Of a stretch of 64,000 bases of DNA, positions 1 through 12,800 are shown piece after piece (within the stretch, counting starts at the first letter, position 1; each line of letters begins with the position of its first letter). The notes beneath the pieces are model-generated. The model was not told the origin of the DNA and ran no database searches. It was given only the letters and a program-made list of their open reading frames with translations. The stretch is from positions 1 to 64,000 of IMG/VR virus record IMGVR_UViG_3300017917_001958. One strand, given 5' to 3'. A program made the position numbers and the translations under genes. The stretch is from a virus.

Positions 1-238
1 GGTTGGAGTACTAGTTGGTGTTGGTGGTACCGGAGTTGAGGTTGGAGTTGGCGTTGGAGTACTAGTTGGTGTTGGTGGTATCGGTGTGCTAGTAGGTGTT
101 GGAGTTGGCGTTGGAGTACTAGTAGGTGATGGTGTTGGGGTTGGGGTTGGGGTACTAGTTGGAGTAGGAGTTGGCGTTGGGGTACTAGTAGGTGATGGTG
201 TTGGTGTTGGACTAGGAGTTGGTGTTGGGGTTGGTGGT
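1..238 (-). repeat. Low-complexity coding repeat (Pro/Thr/Ser, [13 protein letters not shown]...)
   Basis: Iterated GTTGGA/GTTGGT/GTACTAGT units on the plus strand read as T-P/T-S codons in the minus-strand frame of the 1-4524 gene. Confidence 0.9.
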
Positions 239-3200
239 ATAAATTCCACATTACCAAATGGTTCACATGGTGTGGTGAAATTTCTTGTTAACGATTCTAT
301 GGTAGGTATCTCGGGACAATAAATTGGATCGGTATAATATTGTTGTAAATTAATATTTAAATCATTAAATTTCTTATATGTATGTTGTACCAATAATTTA
401 TGATTATTATTACCATTAAATAATATTAAATCGGTTGGTTGTGTTCCTGTTATATTAATATTATAATAAATGTCTGGCTCACAATAATTTAAATCAACTG
501 CAATGACTTCAATTAAATTACCGTCTTCGGTAATTAAATAATCTCCATTATCATGTAAAAATGGTTTATGATCGCAACAAAACTCATCTATTGGTGTTAA
601 TTTTATTTGTAAATGTTCAGGAGTTCTAACATCAAAAAAATATGTTTTGTTTGGTGTCATTGTACCATTTTGATCGTCCACCATTTTATTGGTATAAACT
701 CTTAATTTTGTTGTTGGTAAAAAATTAAAAATTTCAACATTATTATTTTTTGTGGTACCTGTTATTACACTATGTTTAACTGATCCCAAACATTCCATAT
801 CAGATATCGTAATGACTTTATATTGATAAGTAAATGAATAATTATCATTTCCTTGTGCAATTGTAAAATCAGAATTTAAAAATGTAGAAACTGGTAAATA
901 GTCTGCAGATAATAATTCAACCGTATTTCCGTTTGATATCAATTGAAATACTTCGTATACTGTTTTTACTAATATTTGTCCACTTAAAATATAAGAATTG
1001 ATATTTGAACCTGTTGTTTGATTATTAATAGTTGCACCACTAATAACCAATACCTTACTATCTTTTTTAATACCATAATTAAAACTGTTTCTATACTGTA
1101 TTTTTGGTACTATTGTATATCCGGTATAATTGTTACAATATGTTGTTCCTGTTTGTTGAGAAATTATATCTGTTAATGTTTCAATATTTTGATACGATAT
1201 AATTGTAAAATTTTGTTGATGACTTTTTGGTGGGTCATAAGGATCGAAAACTGACCTAATATCCAACCCTTCAATCTTAGCTTTAATATCACAATTAGAT
1301 GCATCAGTAAATAATAAATCTATCACACTATTTTCAGTAACACCTGTTAATAATAATGCACATTGATTTGGATCGTTTATTAATTCAATGGGTTTTAAAT
1401 AATTGTCAGTAATATATTGATTATTACCATCTTTACAATTAACATAAACATAAAGTGGCCAATCTTCAGAAATATTATTTTGAACTGTTGCACCAGTTAT
1501 CTTAATGTAAACATCACCATATAGTTGACAATTTTCAGTACCTCCGGAATAAACATCACAACTTAATGAGAATCCGACATCCAAACCACAATCCGTTGTT
1601 GTATCATATTCTGTATTAAAACGATAATCAAAATAGTCATCTACCGAACAATCATTTGTATCATATTTAACTGAGGTAAATTTAACTTTTTCTATACCAT
1701 CATTATCAACAAAAAAACTATATTTTATTTTTTGTTTATATTCGGTTGGGTGACTTTCACCCACAGTAGCTGCAAGATATGGTGCATAATTTTCATATCC
1801 GGCAGTATATCCAGTTAATGACATATTAACTACATTGTCAATTAAATTAGCCAATGCGGTTCTCCATAATGATTTTATTTTTTCAATATCGGGATTTATA
1901 TAATCTTTATAATCACATATTAATGCTAAATTAACTGGATCATTTGATTGAAAAATAGAATCACATCCTACCATTGGAAATGGGTCAAATAATTTTGCAC
2001 TATTTGTTGTATTTCCGGTTCCGCTAACAACAACTTTATATTGTGTATCGGTGTATATATCTCCATCAATTTCAATAACCGGATAATATGTTACATTTGT
2101 TAAATTAGTTAATCCTCTAAAATTATCTTCCTCACCAAGTAGAGTTTCTAAATCTTCTTCGATCGCAGTTTCAAAATCAGGATATAATGATTCAATAAAT
2201 TCTTTTGGTTGACAACCCAATTTATATTGATACTTTGGTCTACCGAAAATATTGTTTTCAATTAAATTACCTCCAGTCCATAGTGTTGTTGCGGGTATAA
2301 TTTGATCAAGTACTTGGGTCCAATATGGTCCCATTTTATTTATGAACTCATTTACATCATTAAAAATGTATGGTTTGAATTCAACACTTGAAACATAATC
2401 TTGGAAGATATCTTCTAATTTTATGTAATTTTTTTTGTATTTTATTACATGTGAATTTTTTATCTGTTCATGTAATAAATTATCGACATACTCTGCGAAA
2501 GTAACACCTGTTTGTGGTTCTAATGTATTTGATCCAAACGATAATAATAAATCTCTTGATTTTCTGTAAATATCATAATCAATTGCTTGTGATGATGATA
2601 AATAAATGTTTATATTTTTTCTATTTAAAACAAATGGATGATTAATATCATCTACTGAAGATTGTTTGTCTGCAACCTCAGGTGTTAATTCAAAACCAGT
2701 GTCAAGTCCGGGTAACGTTCTATACACATCAAAATAATCTTCACCATAAGTGTAACCTTTTGATTTTGTTTTAATAACTTTTGTTCTACCTGTTAATATA
2801 GAATTATCTGTATCTAATATGGTTGATGATCTATGATTTAATGTGATATCATACCATCCTGCTCCTTTTTGGAAAAAAATATCAGATGTGGTATCATATG
2901 CACTTCTAGGTAAACCATTTTCATCTACCGGATAACCATCTCTATTAAATGATGTTTTGCCTGTTAAAGTGATTTTTGTATATGTGTAACCGCTAGGTAT
3001 AAAATCTGCAGTGACATATGTTTTAGTTCCTTGTATAACATCATAAATGTCACTTTCTAAATCAAATGATTTTGGCATTGACGTTACACGATAAACATAT
3101 TCATCAATTTTAATCATCGGTTCTGGTGCACCAAGAAATTTTAAAAAGAATTCGATTGATGAACGTGTACCTTTTGATTTGTAAATGTATGCAAGATTAA

Positions 3201-4524
3201 CTAATAATCTTCTATAAAATTCATATTCGGCCTCAAATATTGTCTTACCATTTGATACACCTGAATATTGAGTATCTGTTCTTGTATAAAGTAGTTCGTT
3301 AATTGTTTTTTCATCAAATAAATTAATGGTATCTAAACCTAAAGTATTTGCTAAGTTTTTTAATAATACGTCAGGTAAATTGTTAATACCATCATATGTA
3401 ACATTACGCATATACGCAATATTATCGATGTATTTTTTTACTTGATCAAAACTTTGTCCGTATAATTGAAAAACAGATTCGGCTTTTTGATCCTGACTAT
3501 CAAATTCAAATAGTTGTGGAGATGCTAAAAATCTAACCATTAAATTAGATTTATAATCATCTATTTCATCTGCAATGTCACTTAAATCTGAAACATATTT
3601 ATCATACTCAAGACCAATTATTTTTAAATTCCAACCATCTCTATCTATTGGCCAATAATATTCAACGGTTGCTAATTCTGTTTTTGACTTATCAAAACTA
3701 TCTCTAGGAACTTTAAAAATTGCTCTATATTTTGGATTACTTTCTCTATCTAAAAGACTTTCTTCTAAATCATCAAGTGCATTAAAAAATTCTTCGGTTA
3801 GACCACTATTCGGTCTAATTATAAAATTAGAACTGTATGTGGTATTATCTCCAAATGGTTTACCGTTTACTTTTAAAACAATTTTATTTTGTGAATTAGG
3901 TTCGGTGTAATTTATTATATCATATGTTACACCACTTACCTCTATTACATATTTTTTATATGTGGAATAAAAATTTCTATATTCGTTATTTGACTCGGGC
4001 TTAATGTTTGATTCTGGTGTAACAAAAACAACACTATATGGATTATAAAACATAGATACTTCAACCTCAAATTGTGTTGTTTTTAAATTTATATCATATG
4101 TTATATTTGTTGCACTATTTGATCCCGAACTAATTGGTGAGTCAACATCAATTAAAACAGCAGCTGGAAATTTATTAATTATTCTAGTTAATGAAACTAA
4201 AATTCTACTTTTTAATGAACCGAATAATGATTTACCGGCATCATTTTTTGAACCTTTAAATCTTATATTTTTATTTGATTCGGTTGTGGTTTGTGTATTT
4301 GTTGTACCTGAAATGACTTCTTGATTTAAATCATCTAAAGTTAAAAAGTTAGAAAATGGATTTGTTCTAAAATTTTTACTATCTTTTTCAGGAATTACTT
4401 TATCTATAGCAAAGTTAGTATTAGTCAATTGACTACTACCATCGGTTATTTGTACACCGACAAGATTATCACTAAATGTTTCTGAACCGCTCGCTGCTTG
4501 ACTTGGAACTTTATACTTTGCCAT
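1..4524 (-). CDS. Large baseplate wedge protein (T4 gp7 / P2 gpI-like) with a Pro/Thr-rich tract; truncated at the window edge (>=1508 aa)
   Basis: Absent from the ORF track, consistent with no stop inside the window. ATG at 4524 overlaps the upstream TAA (TAATG). The frame was open wherever spot-checked. It contains [27 protein letters not shown] (about 3140-3230), the YKSKGT motif of gp7/gpI-type wedge proteins, and runs into (PT)n repeats at 1-238. Confidence 0.75.
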   Translation of the reverse strand, partial: MAKYKVPSQAASGSETFSDNLVGVQITDGSSQLTNTNFAIDKVIPEKDSKNFRTNPFSNFLTLDDLNQEVISGTTNTQTTTESNKNIRFKGSKNDAGKSLFGSLKSRILVSLTRIINKFPAAVLIDVDSPISSGSNSATNITYDINLKTTQFEVEVSMFYNPYSVVFVTPESNIKPESNNEYRNFYSTYKKYVIEVSGVTYDIINYTEPNSQNKIVLKVNGKPFGDNTTYSSNFIIRPNSGLTEEFFNALDDLEESLLDRESNPKYRAIFKVPRDSFDKSKTELATVEYYWPIDRDGWNLKIIGLEYDKYVSDLSDIADEIDDYKSNLMVRFLASPQLFEFDSQDQKAESVFQLYGQSFDQVKKYIDNIAYMRNVTYDGINNLPDVLLKNLANTLGLDTINLFDEKTINELLYTRTDTQYSGVSNGKTIFEAEYEFYRRLLVNLAYIYKSKGTRSSIEFFLKFLGAPEPMIKIDEYVYRVTSMPKSFDLESDIYDVIQGTKTYVTADFIPSGYTYTKITLTGKTSFNRDGYPVDENGLPRSAYDTTSDIFFQKGAGWYDITLNHRSSTILDTDNSILTGRTKVIKTKSKGYTYGEDYFDVYRTLPGLDTGFELTPEVADKQSSVDDINHPFVLNRKNINIYLSSSQAIDYDIYRKSRDLLLSFGSNTLEPQTGVTFAEYVDNLLHEQIKNSHVIKYKKNYIKLEDIFQDYVSSVEFKPYIFNDVNEFINKMGPYWTQVLDQIIPATTLWTGGNLIENNIFGRPKYQYKLGCQPKEFIESLYPDFETAIEEDLETLLGEEDNFRGLTNLTNVTYYPVIEIDGDIYTDTQYKVVVSGTGNTTNSAKLFDPFPMVGCDSIFQSNDPVNLALICDYKDYINPDIEKIKSLWRTALANLIDNVVNMSLTGYTAGYENYAPYLAATVGESHPTEYKQKIKYSFFVDNDGIEKVKFTSVKYDTNDCSVDDYFDYRFNTEYDTTTDCGLDVGFSLSCDVYSGGTENCQLYGDVYIKITGATVQNNISEDWPLYVYVNCKDGNNQYITDNYLKPIELINDPNQCALLLTGVTENSVIDLLFTDASNCDIKAKIEGLDIRSVFDPYDPPKSHQQNFTIISYQNIETLTDIISQQTGTTYCNNYTGYTIVPKIQYRNSFNYGIKKDSKVLVISGATINNQTTGSNINSYILSGQILVKTVYEVFQLISNGNTVELLSADYLPVSTFLNSDFTIAQGNDNYSFTYQYKVITISDMECLGSVKHSVITGTTKNNNVEIFNFLPTTKLRVYTNKMVDDQNGTMTPNKTYFFDVRTPEHLQIKLTPIDEFCCDHKPFLHDNGDYLITEDGNLIEVIAVDLNYCEPDIYYNINITGTQPTDLILFNGNNNHKLLVQHTYKKFNDLNINLQQYYTDPIYCPEIPTIESLTRNFTTPCEPFGNVEFIPPTPTPTPSPTPTPSPTSTPTPTPTPTSTPTPTPTPSPTSTPTPTPTPTSTPIPPTPTSTPTPTPTSTPVPPTPTSTPT

Positions 4525-5444
4525 TATATATTTGTAATTGTATCAAAATTTAAACTTTCATCAATATCTGTTCTTTTCTCTCTAACTTCATATAATGTTT
4601 CGTTAAAGTTATCTTTAACTTCATATAAGTTATATTGTTTATAGATATTGTTGTTATCATCATAAATGGTGTAAATTCCCGGTGACATTGCTTTGGTTTG
4701 ATTTCCATAAAGTGCAAGTGCCAATGTTGAAGAATCGTGTTCAACCATATCGATTTCAATTGTTGTTGGATTAAAAAAAGTATTTGTTAAAATTATTTTT
4801 TGTGATGGTTGTCCAATAAATGGAACTGTATTTGGTTTACTAGACGGTGCCGATGATGGTGTTACAGTTAAAAACATTAAATTGGTTGTAGTATCACTAT
4901 ATTGATATCTTATTGCTTTTTGTGTTGTACTTGTTAAATTTGAAACAATTGGTGTACAGAAAAAGGACGAAGTAACTATTCTGTAAAAATTAGGTATTTT
5001 TTTATTATCATCAGAATTAATATATTCAATTCTATAACCAACAAGACCCTGTGGTGTAAATTTATTTCTGTCTTCTGATGGTACATTACTTAAATCAATA
5101 ATAATTCCTCTTACTGACGGTAACGACGCTAAAACACCACAATCTGTTATTGTTGTTCTAATTTGCTTAGGTCTTAAATGAAGTGTATATATACCTAATT
5201 CAGAAAAATCATCCGATGTTAATTTTAAATTATATAATCCACCTAATATTTCAACATTTGGTGCATTAATATCATCAGTAGTATCTGCATTATGATATAC
5301 TGGTGTTAATATATCTTGAGAAGATAATTTTTTTAATGTAACCGGTGCAGTTGATGTTCTACCCGAAACGTAATGATAGAAAATATCAACGTCCGCTGGT
5401 GATACATCTGATGGTCTAATTATTCCGTAACTAGAAATTGCCAT
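4524..5444 (-). CDS. Hypothetical virion/baseplate-associated protein (306 aa)
   Basis: Full ORF in the structural operon, with TAATG coupling to the downstream gene; beta-rich, Thr/Ser-rich composition. Confidence 0.6.
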   Translation of the reverse strand: MAISSYGIIRPSDVSPADVDIFYHYVSGRTSTAPVTLKKLSSQDILTPVYHNADTTDDINAPNVEILGGLYNLKLTSDDFSELGIYTLHLRPKQIRTTITDCGVLASLPSVRGIIIDLSNVPSEDRNKFTPQGLVGYRIEYINSDDNKKIPNFYRIVTSSFFCTPIVSNLTSTTQKAIRYQYSDTTTNLMFLTVTPSSAPSSKPNTVPFIGQPSQKIILTNTFFNPTTIEIDMVEHDSSTLALALYGNQTKAMSPGIYTIYDDNNNIYKQYNLYEVKDNFNETLYEVREKRTDIDESLNFDTITNI

Positions 5445-6374
5445 TTAATTTTCGTTTAAATTTTTTATACTTATAGAACATTTAGTTCTTTTTTTGATAT
5501 TATCTTCCCAAGGAATAAATTCTAAATTTTTAATATCACCAATTATTTTAGGTGAAATATTATTTTTAAATCCTTCTAATATTGAAAATTTGTGATCTAA
5601 ATGATATGCCCCATTAATACCGGCATTACCTCTTTTTTCAAAAAATGGTAAAATGTTTATTTTTTGTTTATTTGTAAATTTCATAACTTCCCTTTTATAT
5701 AATACATATTTCTCCGTATTTTCTAAATAAATATTATATGGTATTTTACTAAATTTTCGTACTTGACCTACAGAAGTCCCTTCACTTTTATTCCTTCTAT
5801 AACCTGTATTACTTAAAAATTTTTCAATAAAATGTTTATTTAAATTAAGATTGTTTGATATTTCCTTTGAATTTTTATATTCATTTAAATATAAATGTTT
5901 AATATTTTCTTTTTGTTCTTTAGTTAATTCAATTTTTTTACCATTACTTCCATTTTTTCTTAATATATTTTTTTCTTTAAAAATTCGTTTTAAAATTGAT
6001 TTAGATATATTAAATTCTTTTGATAAAATATCACAACCAATACCTTTTTTATATCTTTCAATTAGATTATCAATAACATCCTTATTAAATTCTTTTTTTC
6101 TTTTATCTCTCCCATCTATTAGGGTATTATTTTCAATTAAAATTCTTTTTATTATTCTTCTATGAATTCCAATATTATTGGAAATTTTTGTTACGGACAT
6201 CCCATTTTTATATAATTCAATAATATTATTTTCATTGACTATTTTTTTTTGGTGAGTTTTTGAACATATATTACAAACAGAATTAAACTTAATTGATCTT
6301 TGATAGGTAATTAAATTTTTATAAACTTGTGGTTGATTACAACTATGGCATTGTTTAATATATGTTTGTGTCAT
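5445..6374 (-). CDS. Free-standing HNH homing endonuclease with Zn-ribbon and three HTH repeats
   Basis: N-terminal CHSC...CNIC, three HTH-like repeats (IIELYKNGMSVTKISNNIGI etc.) and C-terminal YHLDHK...NLEFIPWEDNIKK HNH motif; Lys-rich, unlike the flanking structural genes. Confidence 0.75.
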   Translation of the reverse strand: MTQTYIKQCHSCNQPQVYKNLITYQRSIKFNSVCNICSKTHQKKIVNENNIIELYKNGMSVTKISNNIGIHRRIIKRILIENNTLIDGRDKRKKEFNKDVIDNLIERYKKGIGCDILSKEFNISKSILKRIFKEKNILRKNGSNGKKIELTKEQKENIKHLYLNEYKNSKEISNNLNLNKHFIEKFLSNTGYRRNKSEGTSVGQVRKFSKIPYNIYLENTEKYVLYKREVMKFTNKQKINILPFFEKRGNAGINGAYHLDHKFSILEGFKNNISPKIIGDIKNLEFIPWEDNIKKRTKCSISIKNLNEN

Positions 6375-6392
6375 ACTTAATAAATATAATTT

Positions 6393-7325
6393 TTATTGTT
6401 TTTTTACTGTAAAATATCCATTTCCATAAACATCTAATTCTCCCATATTATCAATCTCACCTAACCTTAGATTTTTTTCCATTACACCTTGTTTACCTCG
6501 TTCAACAAAAACATCGGAATAAATTGTTGGTTCCTCTATAAAACCTAAAAAATGTTCATTCCTTGTTAATACTCGATTAAAAACTTCTTCTTTTGTGTAA
6601 CCCGATGTTGATCCCGTTATCATGGTATAACCGTTTTGAAAATCTCTATAGTTTAAACCATCAATAGTATATCCACTATAGTGTAAACCTTCAGATGTTG
6701 TACCGGTTGTAACTCCTACATATATATTTTCACCATATTTTTTTAATTCTGAAATTCTACTTCTACCTATTGACAAATATGTAAAAGTGGTATTTCCTGT
6801 ATGTCCCGTGGTGTAATCTAAATCATTTAAATAATTTTGAGTTTGGCCGGTTAAGTTAGTATATGATGGAATTGTCACCCCTGTAAATGTGCCCAATGGA
6901 TTAGATACTGTAATATTTTTTGGAATTGTAACAATTTTACTTAATTTTTGAATTGTCCATGGTGAATCTAACGTTATTGATATTGTATACTCGGAAGAAC
7001 TACCATATGTATGTGAAATGGTCGGTAAAGAAGTGTTAACTATTCCTTGATTTACCGTTAATCCAGAAACGTTTCCGTCTCCCCAATTTATTGTATATGT
7101 TTGTTCAATTATCTTTCTTAATTTATCAGGGTTTACGGTATTATATACTTGTATCGTTGAACCGGTTTGAGTATATGAAAAATTACATAATTGTTCTACC
7201 TGTTCGATATCACCGTCAAAACCAACCATGCCACCTAATTCATCTACAGTACTTTCTAAGTATATAGGTAAATTAAACGTTAACCCGGTGGAAGATTTTA
7301 ATATTTTATATTCGTTTTTTTCCAT
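6393..7325 (-). CDS. Virion protein with PKD-like domain (310 aa)
   Basis: YTINWGDG...ISHTY...YTISIT is the PKD-domain signature; lies in the structural operon. Confidence 0.65.
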   Translation of the reverse strand: MEKNEYKILKSSTGLTFNLPIYLESTVDELGGMVGFDGDIEQVEQLCNFSYTQTGSTIQVYNTVNPDKLRKIIEQTYTINWGDGNVSGLTVNQGIVNTSLPTISHTYGSSSEYTISITLDSPWTIQKLSKIVTIPKNITVSNPLGTFTGVTIPSYTNLTGQTQNYLNDLDYTTGHTGNTTFTYLSIGRSRISELKKYGENIYVGVTTGTTSEGLHYSGYTIDGLNYRDFQNGYTMITGSTSGYTKEEVFNRVLTRNEHFLGFIEEPTIYSDVFVERGKQGVMEKNLRLGEIDNMGELDVYGNGYFTVKKQ

Positions 7326-8119
7326 TATGTTCTTTTCTCATAAAATTTTATTGGTTGGTTACTAAACCCAACTCTACTACCTACTGTTCCATTATAATTA
7401 AAAACTTGATATGAATAATCAGTTTTATTAATAACGACTTTATAATACATATCTCTATATTCAACTACTTCTTGTACTGATGTTAAACCGGTTGTAGTGA
7501 AATCAATGACAGAGCCATCTTTAGCATTAAAAAATCTGGCAGACATCCAAAATGTATTACCAGTTAATGTAGTTTCATTAAATGCGGTTTCATCTTGGAA
7601 CCAAAACAAATACATGTTTTCTTTATTTCTATAGTTTGATCCTGTAAAAACGGGTAAATGAATATAATCATTTAATGTTGTGTAAAAATATTTTTCACCT
7701 AATGGTAATGATAAATTTTTAGCAAAAACCAAACGTCTATTTGTTCTATCAGGAACGTCGTCATTTGGTGTTTTATAAAACTCCAATCTAAAAAAACTTT
7801 CGGTTGATTGTTTTAACATTTTAGCATTTTCCTGTGATGTTATACCAACTAAATTGTAATCAATACCATTTGTGTATTGAGAAGTTCCATCTAAAAAATA
7901 AAAATAAAACCAAATATCAGATTGTTGAACATTATTATTTGATGTGTATGGTGAATGAATATATCTAACAGTTTCATAATTTTCAATCGGATTTATAATT
8001 TTTCCTAAAATTTCTTCTTCCAATTGATCCATATTTTCCTGCCATCCTGCATCGGTTTTAAAACTTTGTTCACCATTTATAATGAAAGTTCTATCTTCTA
8101 TATTTTTTAAAATTTCCAT
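7325..8119 (-). CDS. Hypothetical virion protein (about 264 aa)
   Basis: ORF in the structural operon; start moved to the ATG at 8119, which overlaps the upstream TAA (TAATG). Confidence 0.6.
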   Translation of the reverse strand: MEILKNIEDRTFIINGEQSFKTDAGWQENMDQLEEEILGKIINPIENYETVRYIHSPYTSNNNVQQSDIWFYFYFLDGTSQYTNGIDYNLVGITSQENAKMLKQSTESFFRLEFYKTPNDDVPDRTNRRLVFAKNLSLPLGEKYFYTTLNDYIHLPVFTGSNYRNKENMYLFWFQDETAFNETTLTGNTFWMSARFFNAKDGSVIDFTTTGLTSVQEVVEYRDMYYKVVINKTDYSYQVFNYNGTVGSRVGFSNQPIKFYEKRT

Positions 8120-9864
8120 TAACAATCTATTTTTTTAATTTTACTTACTCCATCGGTTTTATTTGTGTAATTCTTTTCATTTCTTAACAAGAAATCTATA
8201 TTTGTTTTAACATAATGTGTATTATTCACAAATGGAAAATCTGTACCATTTCCATCAGGATCTATAAAACCATGATCGTATAAATCTCTCCATTTCCACA
8301 ATCCCTCATCTTCAAAATATTTTGTATTATCTGGTATATTATACACGTCATTTGTTTTTGAAGTTTCTATGTATGGTGACAATTCTCTTAATTTTACCCT
8401 ATAATGTGGTTGATAATATAAACCAATCATATTGTTAATTGAAGTTCCACTATAAACTAATGGATCGTCTTGTCCATAATTAAATATTGTTTTTGGTGAT
8501 GTAAATTTATGGAACGATTCGCTAATTATTCTTTCTTTCATTTCATGTTCATTATATTCCACGAATGCCCCTGTTAATGTTGTACCTATAGGTACTGTTG
8601 TTCCACTTGTAAATGTTATTCCTGAACGAGTAAATGTTCCACCAGATAAATTAGTTTCATTAGATGTGGTACCACTAAAATGATTATCCACCCATGAATT
8701 ATGAAAATGAAATTTATACCCTACTTTTGGTGGATAATTAAAATAACCGTTATTATTTTTAAGTATCATCGAAACATAAACCTCAGTTGGTGTATATCCC
8801 AAATTATTTGTTAATCCAGTTAAAACGAAATTTTCTTTGAAATCAAATAAAACAGATTCCATTCTATTTCTTTCAACAAGAACATCATTCACACCGGCAC
8901 TATTTTCAAAAACTAATTTTCTTTCTTCTTCAAAAATTGGTAATTCAAATCCAACTTTGTCCATAATATAATCATTAGAATTGGTCAATGTTTTATGTTT
9001 ATGAACATAATATTTTGATGTTGTCCCTGTTATATTATTAATATCTTTACATCTTTTTCCTATGATTACCGAACTTAATGTTGTTGAAGACGTAAATTGA
9101 TTTTTTAATAAATTAATTACATATTTTTCAGAATCATAAATTTCATCTCCAACACTTTCAATGTTAAATGTTCTTCCTGATGTTGGTACTGAATTTGTTA
9201 ATGTTCCTCCTGAAATTATTATATATTCTCCCGAAACCATTCCATGTTCCACAGGACTAGTTAATTTGTAATACTTTCCATTATCAGTAACTCTAAAAGG
9301 TATTCCGTCACCCGCAGTAAATGAATATGTTGTATTTCCAGATAATGTATATTTCATTGGAAATGTAGTATCTCCAGAATACACATAACTTAAATAAAGA
9401 TTCCAATTATGGTATGGTGCAGTTATCGATGTTATAGTTGTATGTGAAGTATTTCCAGTTAGTACAATATTTTGGGTAAATGTTCCTAAATTACTTCCGG
9501 ACGTAGGTAAATTTAATTCTCTCAATACATCATTTCTTAAAAAAGAAAATTCATTATAAGGTAAATAACCTGTGAAATCACCATTCGAACCATCCCCATT
9601 TAAATAAAGGCGTTCTTGTAAATATGAATATGGTGTTGATCCACTATACATATTTCTAAAAATCATTCTTAACTTACCATAAATTTTATAGTTCTTACTG
9701 TCGTTTCTTTCTTTATCATATAATTTTGCAATGTCTAATATGATATTTCTATCATTTTCACGAAGTAAATTTTGATTGACATCTAAATCCAATCTAATAT
9801 CAACATCCTCATCGGGTGCTTTAAAATATTTTTTATTTGGTAATAATATTTCTTTATTTTTCAT
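8119..9864 (-). CDS. Hypothetical virion/baseplate protein (581 aa)
   Basis: Long ORF translationally coupled to both neighbours; Thr/Ser/Gly-rich beta composition. Confidence 0.6.
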   Translation of the reverse strand: MKNKEILLPNKKYFKAPDEDVDIRLDLDVNQNLLRENDRNIILDIAKLYDKERNDSKNYKIYGKLRMIFRNMYSGSTPYSYLQERLYLNGDGSNGDFTGYLPYNEFSFLRNDVLRELNLPTSGSNLGTFTQNIVLTGNTSHTTITSITAPYHNWNLYLSYVYSGDTTFPMKYTLSGNTTYSFTAGDGIPFRVTDNGKYYKLTSPVEHGMVSGEYIIISGGTLTNSVPTSGRTFNIESVGDEIYDSEKYVINLLKNQFTSSTTLSSVIIGKRCKDINNITGTTSKYYVHKHKTLTNSNDYIMDKVGFELPIFEEERKLVFENSAGVNDVLVERNRMESVLFDFKENFVLTGLTNNLGYTPTEVYVSMILKNNNGYFNYPPKVGYKFHFHNSWVDNHFSGTTSNETNLSGGTFTRSGITFTSGTTVPIGTTLTGAFVEYNEHEMKERIISESFHKFTSPKTIFNYGQDDPLVYSGTSINNMIGLYYQPHYRVKLRELSPYIETSKTNDVYNIPDNTKYFEDEGLWKWRDLYDHGFIDPDGNGTDFPFVNNTHYVKTNIDFLLRNEKNYTNKTDGVSKIKKIDC

Positions 9865-12800
9865 TATTCTACAGGTGGGAACGCTCCTTTCGGTCCAAAT
9901 AATTGTATAAATTTATCAAGCCCAGTTTTTCCGGCTTTCAATCCAAAATAAAACATGAATGGTGTTGACAATATTTGTTTACTACCACTATAGTAATCTT
10001 CAGTTTTTCGAATAATAAAATCTTTAGTTGTATCCCATGGTTGACTATGCCATGTTCCTGCATGACTGTATCTAGTGTAAAGAGTACCTGCGGTAGGTTG
10101 TGCTAATGTACCGCTAGTAACTTCTAATACAGTAAATCCGGGATATTCACTATCATAATTAGTATGACTACTTCCACTTATTATTGCGTCAAATTCAACT
10201 AAATTTGTTGCATTTCCAGCGTTTATTGATATCCCACTAAACGTGTATGTTATAGGTAATAAAAGATATCTATCAGATGAATCGTCTTCTGGATTATTAA
10301 GATTATATCCATATGTCATACCTTGTAATGGTTGCACTTGAACAGATGTATAATCCCATGATTGGTCATCCGAACTATTTTCATCTATTCCACCAAAACC
10401 AGTGCCTTTTTTATCCCATAAAAAAAATGGTACTTTTTGTGACGATTCAGTTAATCTACCTTGTATTTGTGTTACACCATCATTTGCAATGTGTGTTGGT
10501 TCATTTAAACAAGCTCTGATTCTTTCGCCATCTTCGTCAAATTCAAAAGTTATCGGTACGGGTCCCCAATATCCATTTGGTTTAAAAACCTGTGGATATA
10601 AATCAGGATCTAATATTTGGTAAGAATAACCAAGATATTTTGGACTTTGTAAATCAAATTCTTCAATTCCAACTTCATTGTTTGTTGAAATTAATTGAAT
10701 TATATCCCCATCTAAAACTCTATTCGTGAATGTAAAACCAGTATTACTAAAAAAATCATTAATGTTAAATTCATTATTACTAACATCCATCCTATAATTA
10801 ATTGCCAATCCTAATAATTCACCAAAACTTTGAAAAGATGATGGACCAATTGATCTTGAAACCGAACAATTTGGATCTAATCCGGGATCAACACATATTT
10901 CTTTAATAAATTCATCTCTAGGTCCTAAGTCAACCATTGTTGTAGGTCTCCCGATTAATTTTTGATTATTATTCATTGTCCAATTATTAATCCCCCAAGA
11001 TGATTCATTATTATAAATTGCCGATCGATAATAATATCTATCTTCAGATGAAATATATTTTATAACGTCTTCACAAAACTTACCCTTTTTACTTTTAAAT
11101 TGAAAAAAATATAATGAACCCGATAACCAATTATCAATAAAAGAATAATTAACAATTCCTCCACAAAAAAGTTTACCGACTCTTTTTCTTCTATAATATT
11201 CTTTTAAGACATCAATTAATCTACCATTACTTTGTGATCCAGGTACAATGTAAAAAATTCCATTCGAAAATTCTGATTTTCCTGAACCTGTCGTTCTACT
11301 ATATGTATTGCCATTAAATGAAGGTGGTAACTCATAACCATCACCATCAGAAACATTTGTACCTATTATATCCATACCCGGGGTATAATTAATTGGTAAT
11401 ATTTCAGTTCTGGGCAATGTGGTTCCACTATAGTAAAGACTAATTAAACTTTCGTTATATGGAGTATCATATATATCACAACCGGTCTCAAGATTAACAG
11501 TAATATTAGATGATCCTGTTTCCGTGTTATTTAGATCAACAATATCTACCGTATATGTTCCGCTTTGGACAATTAAAATATTTTTTGAGTCTGAAAAATA
11601 ATCTTCCGATATCCCATCAACTAAATGTGTGCTTACAAAAAGACCATCTACAGTATTTTCAGGATCTAATTCAAAAAGATCACCATTTAAATTTCTTATA
11701 CCATAATTATTTTGTATTGATATAAAGTTACTTATTGATGTTGGTATTGTTATTGTTGAACATTCACCATTTGTTGGTTGTGTAAATGTCGCATTAGTGA
11801 TCTTGTTATAAAACAACGATCCGGGTAAATCTAAAACAGTATAAGTAAGTGTACCAACTATACAATAATTTACTTTTCCTCCTCCACCGGTTGACGTTAA
11901 AGTATTTTCACCGCTACATTCCTCACATTCAGGATAATTTATTAGACGTAATCCTTTTTGTCCGGTATCCATAATACTATAACCAATATTAACCATACTT
12001 CTACCTAATCCACCTAATGGACATACACCTAAAAAACACGTATCCATAAACGAATAACCTATTGAAATAAACAATTTAGAAATTACATTAAAAAATAGTA
12101 ATTTAACCATGTTTAATAAATGTTCAATAAATAAAAGGACTTCAGCAATTAATAATGGAAATGTAAAATTTTTTACACCAAAATTAACTGGAGGTGTTAC
12201 TACATCATTTGAACAATCTTCTTCTTCCGTAGGTAGAATTTCTTTAATCCCAAGATATTTGTCTCCTGAAAAAGTTTCACCTCTATAATTTAAATTCTGA
12301 AATGAAGAAACTGTATATACTTTATTGTATGTTAATCTATAAAAATAATCTCTAGGATAGTATTGACCATATTGATTATATAGTATACCTCTATTAGAAT
12401 CATTACTTACCGCACTTATTGGATAATCATCAAAATTTGTTGAGAACGCATATGATTTATCGGATTCCGTACCATTTGTTTGATAATCCCTGATATTAGG
12501 GACTAAGTATGATGCAGATTTTCTAACTCTAGCGTTTCCAGCATCATCTAAAGAAAATCTAAATCTATAACACGCAGATGTTGCAATACCTTTATTTGGG
12601 TCGTTAGTTATTTCATTTTCACCGAATTCATTAGTGAAAACATAATCCATATTCATAGGAACCGGAAAAACAAAAGAACCATCTTCAGGAATATCTTCAT
12701 GTAAATCAAATTTCTCTAAAATAGGTCTATTATTATCATCTTTAGTTGTTGTAAATCTAATAGCCTCAATTGTTCCTGTTTTAGTGTGTAAATCGCATTT

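Noticed and set aside
86-322. Plus-strand Val/Gly repeat ORF
   Set aside because: It is the antisense shadow of the Pro/Thr tract in the 1-4524 gene.
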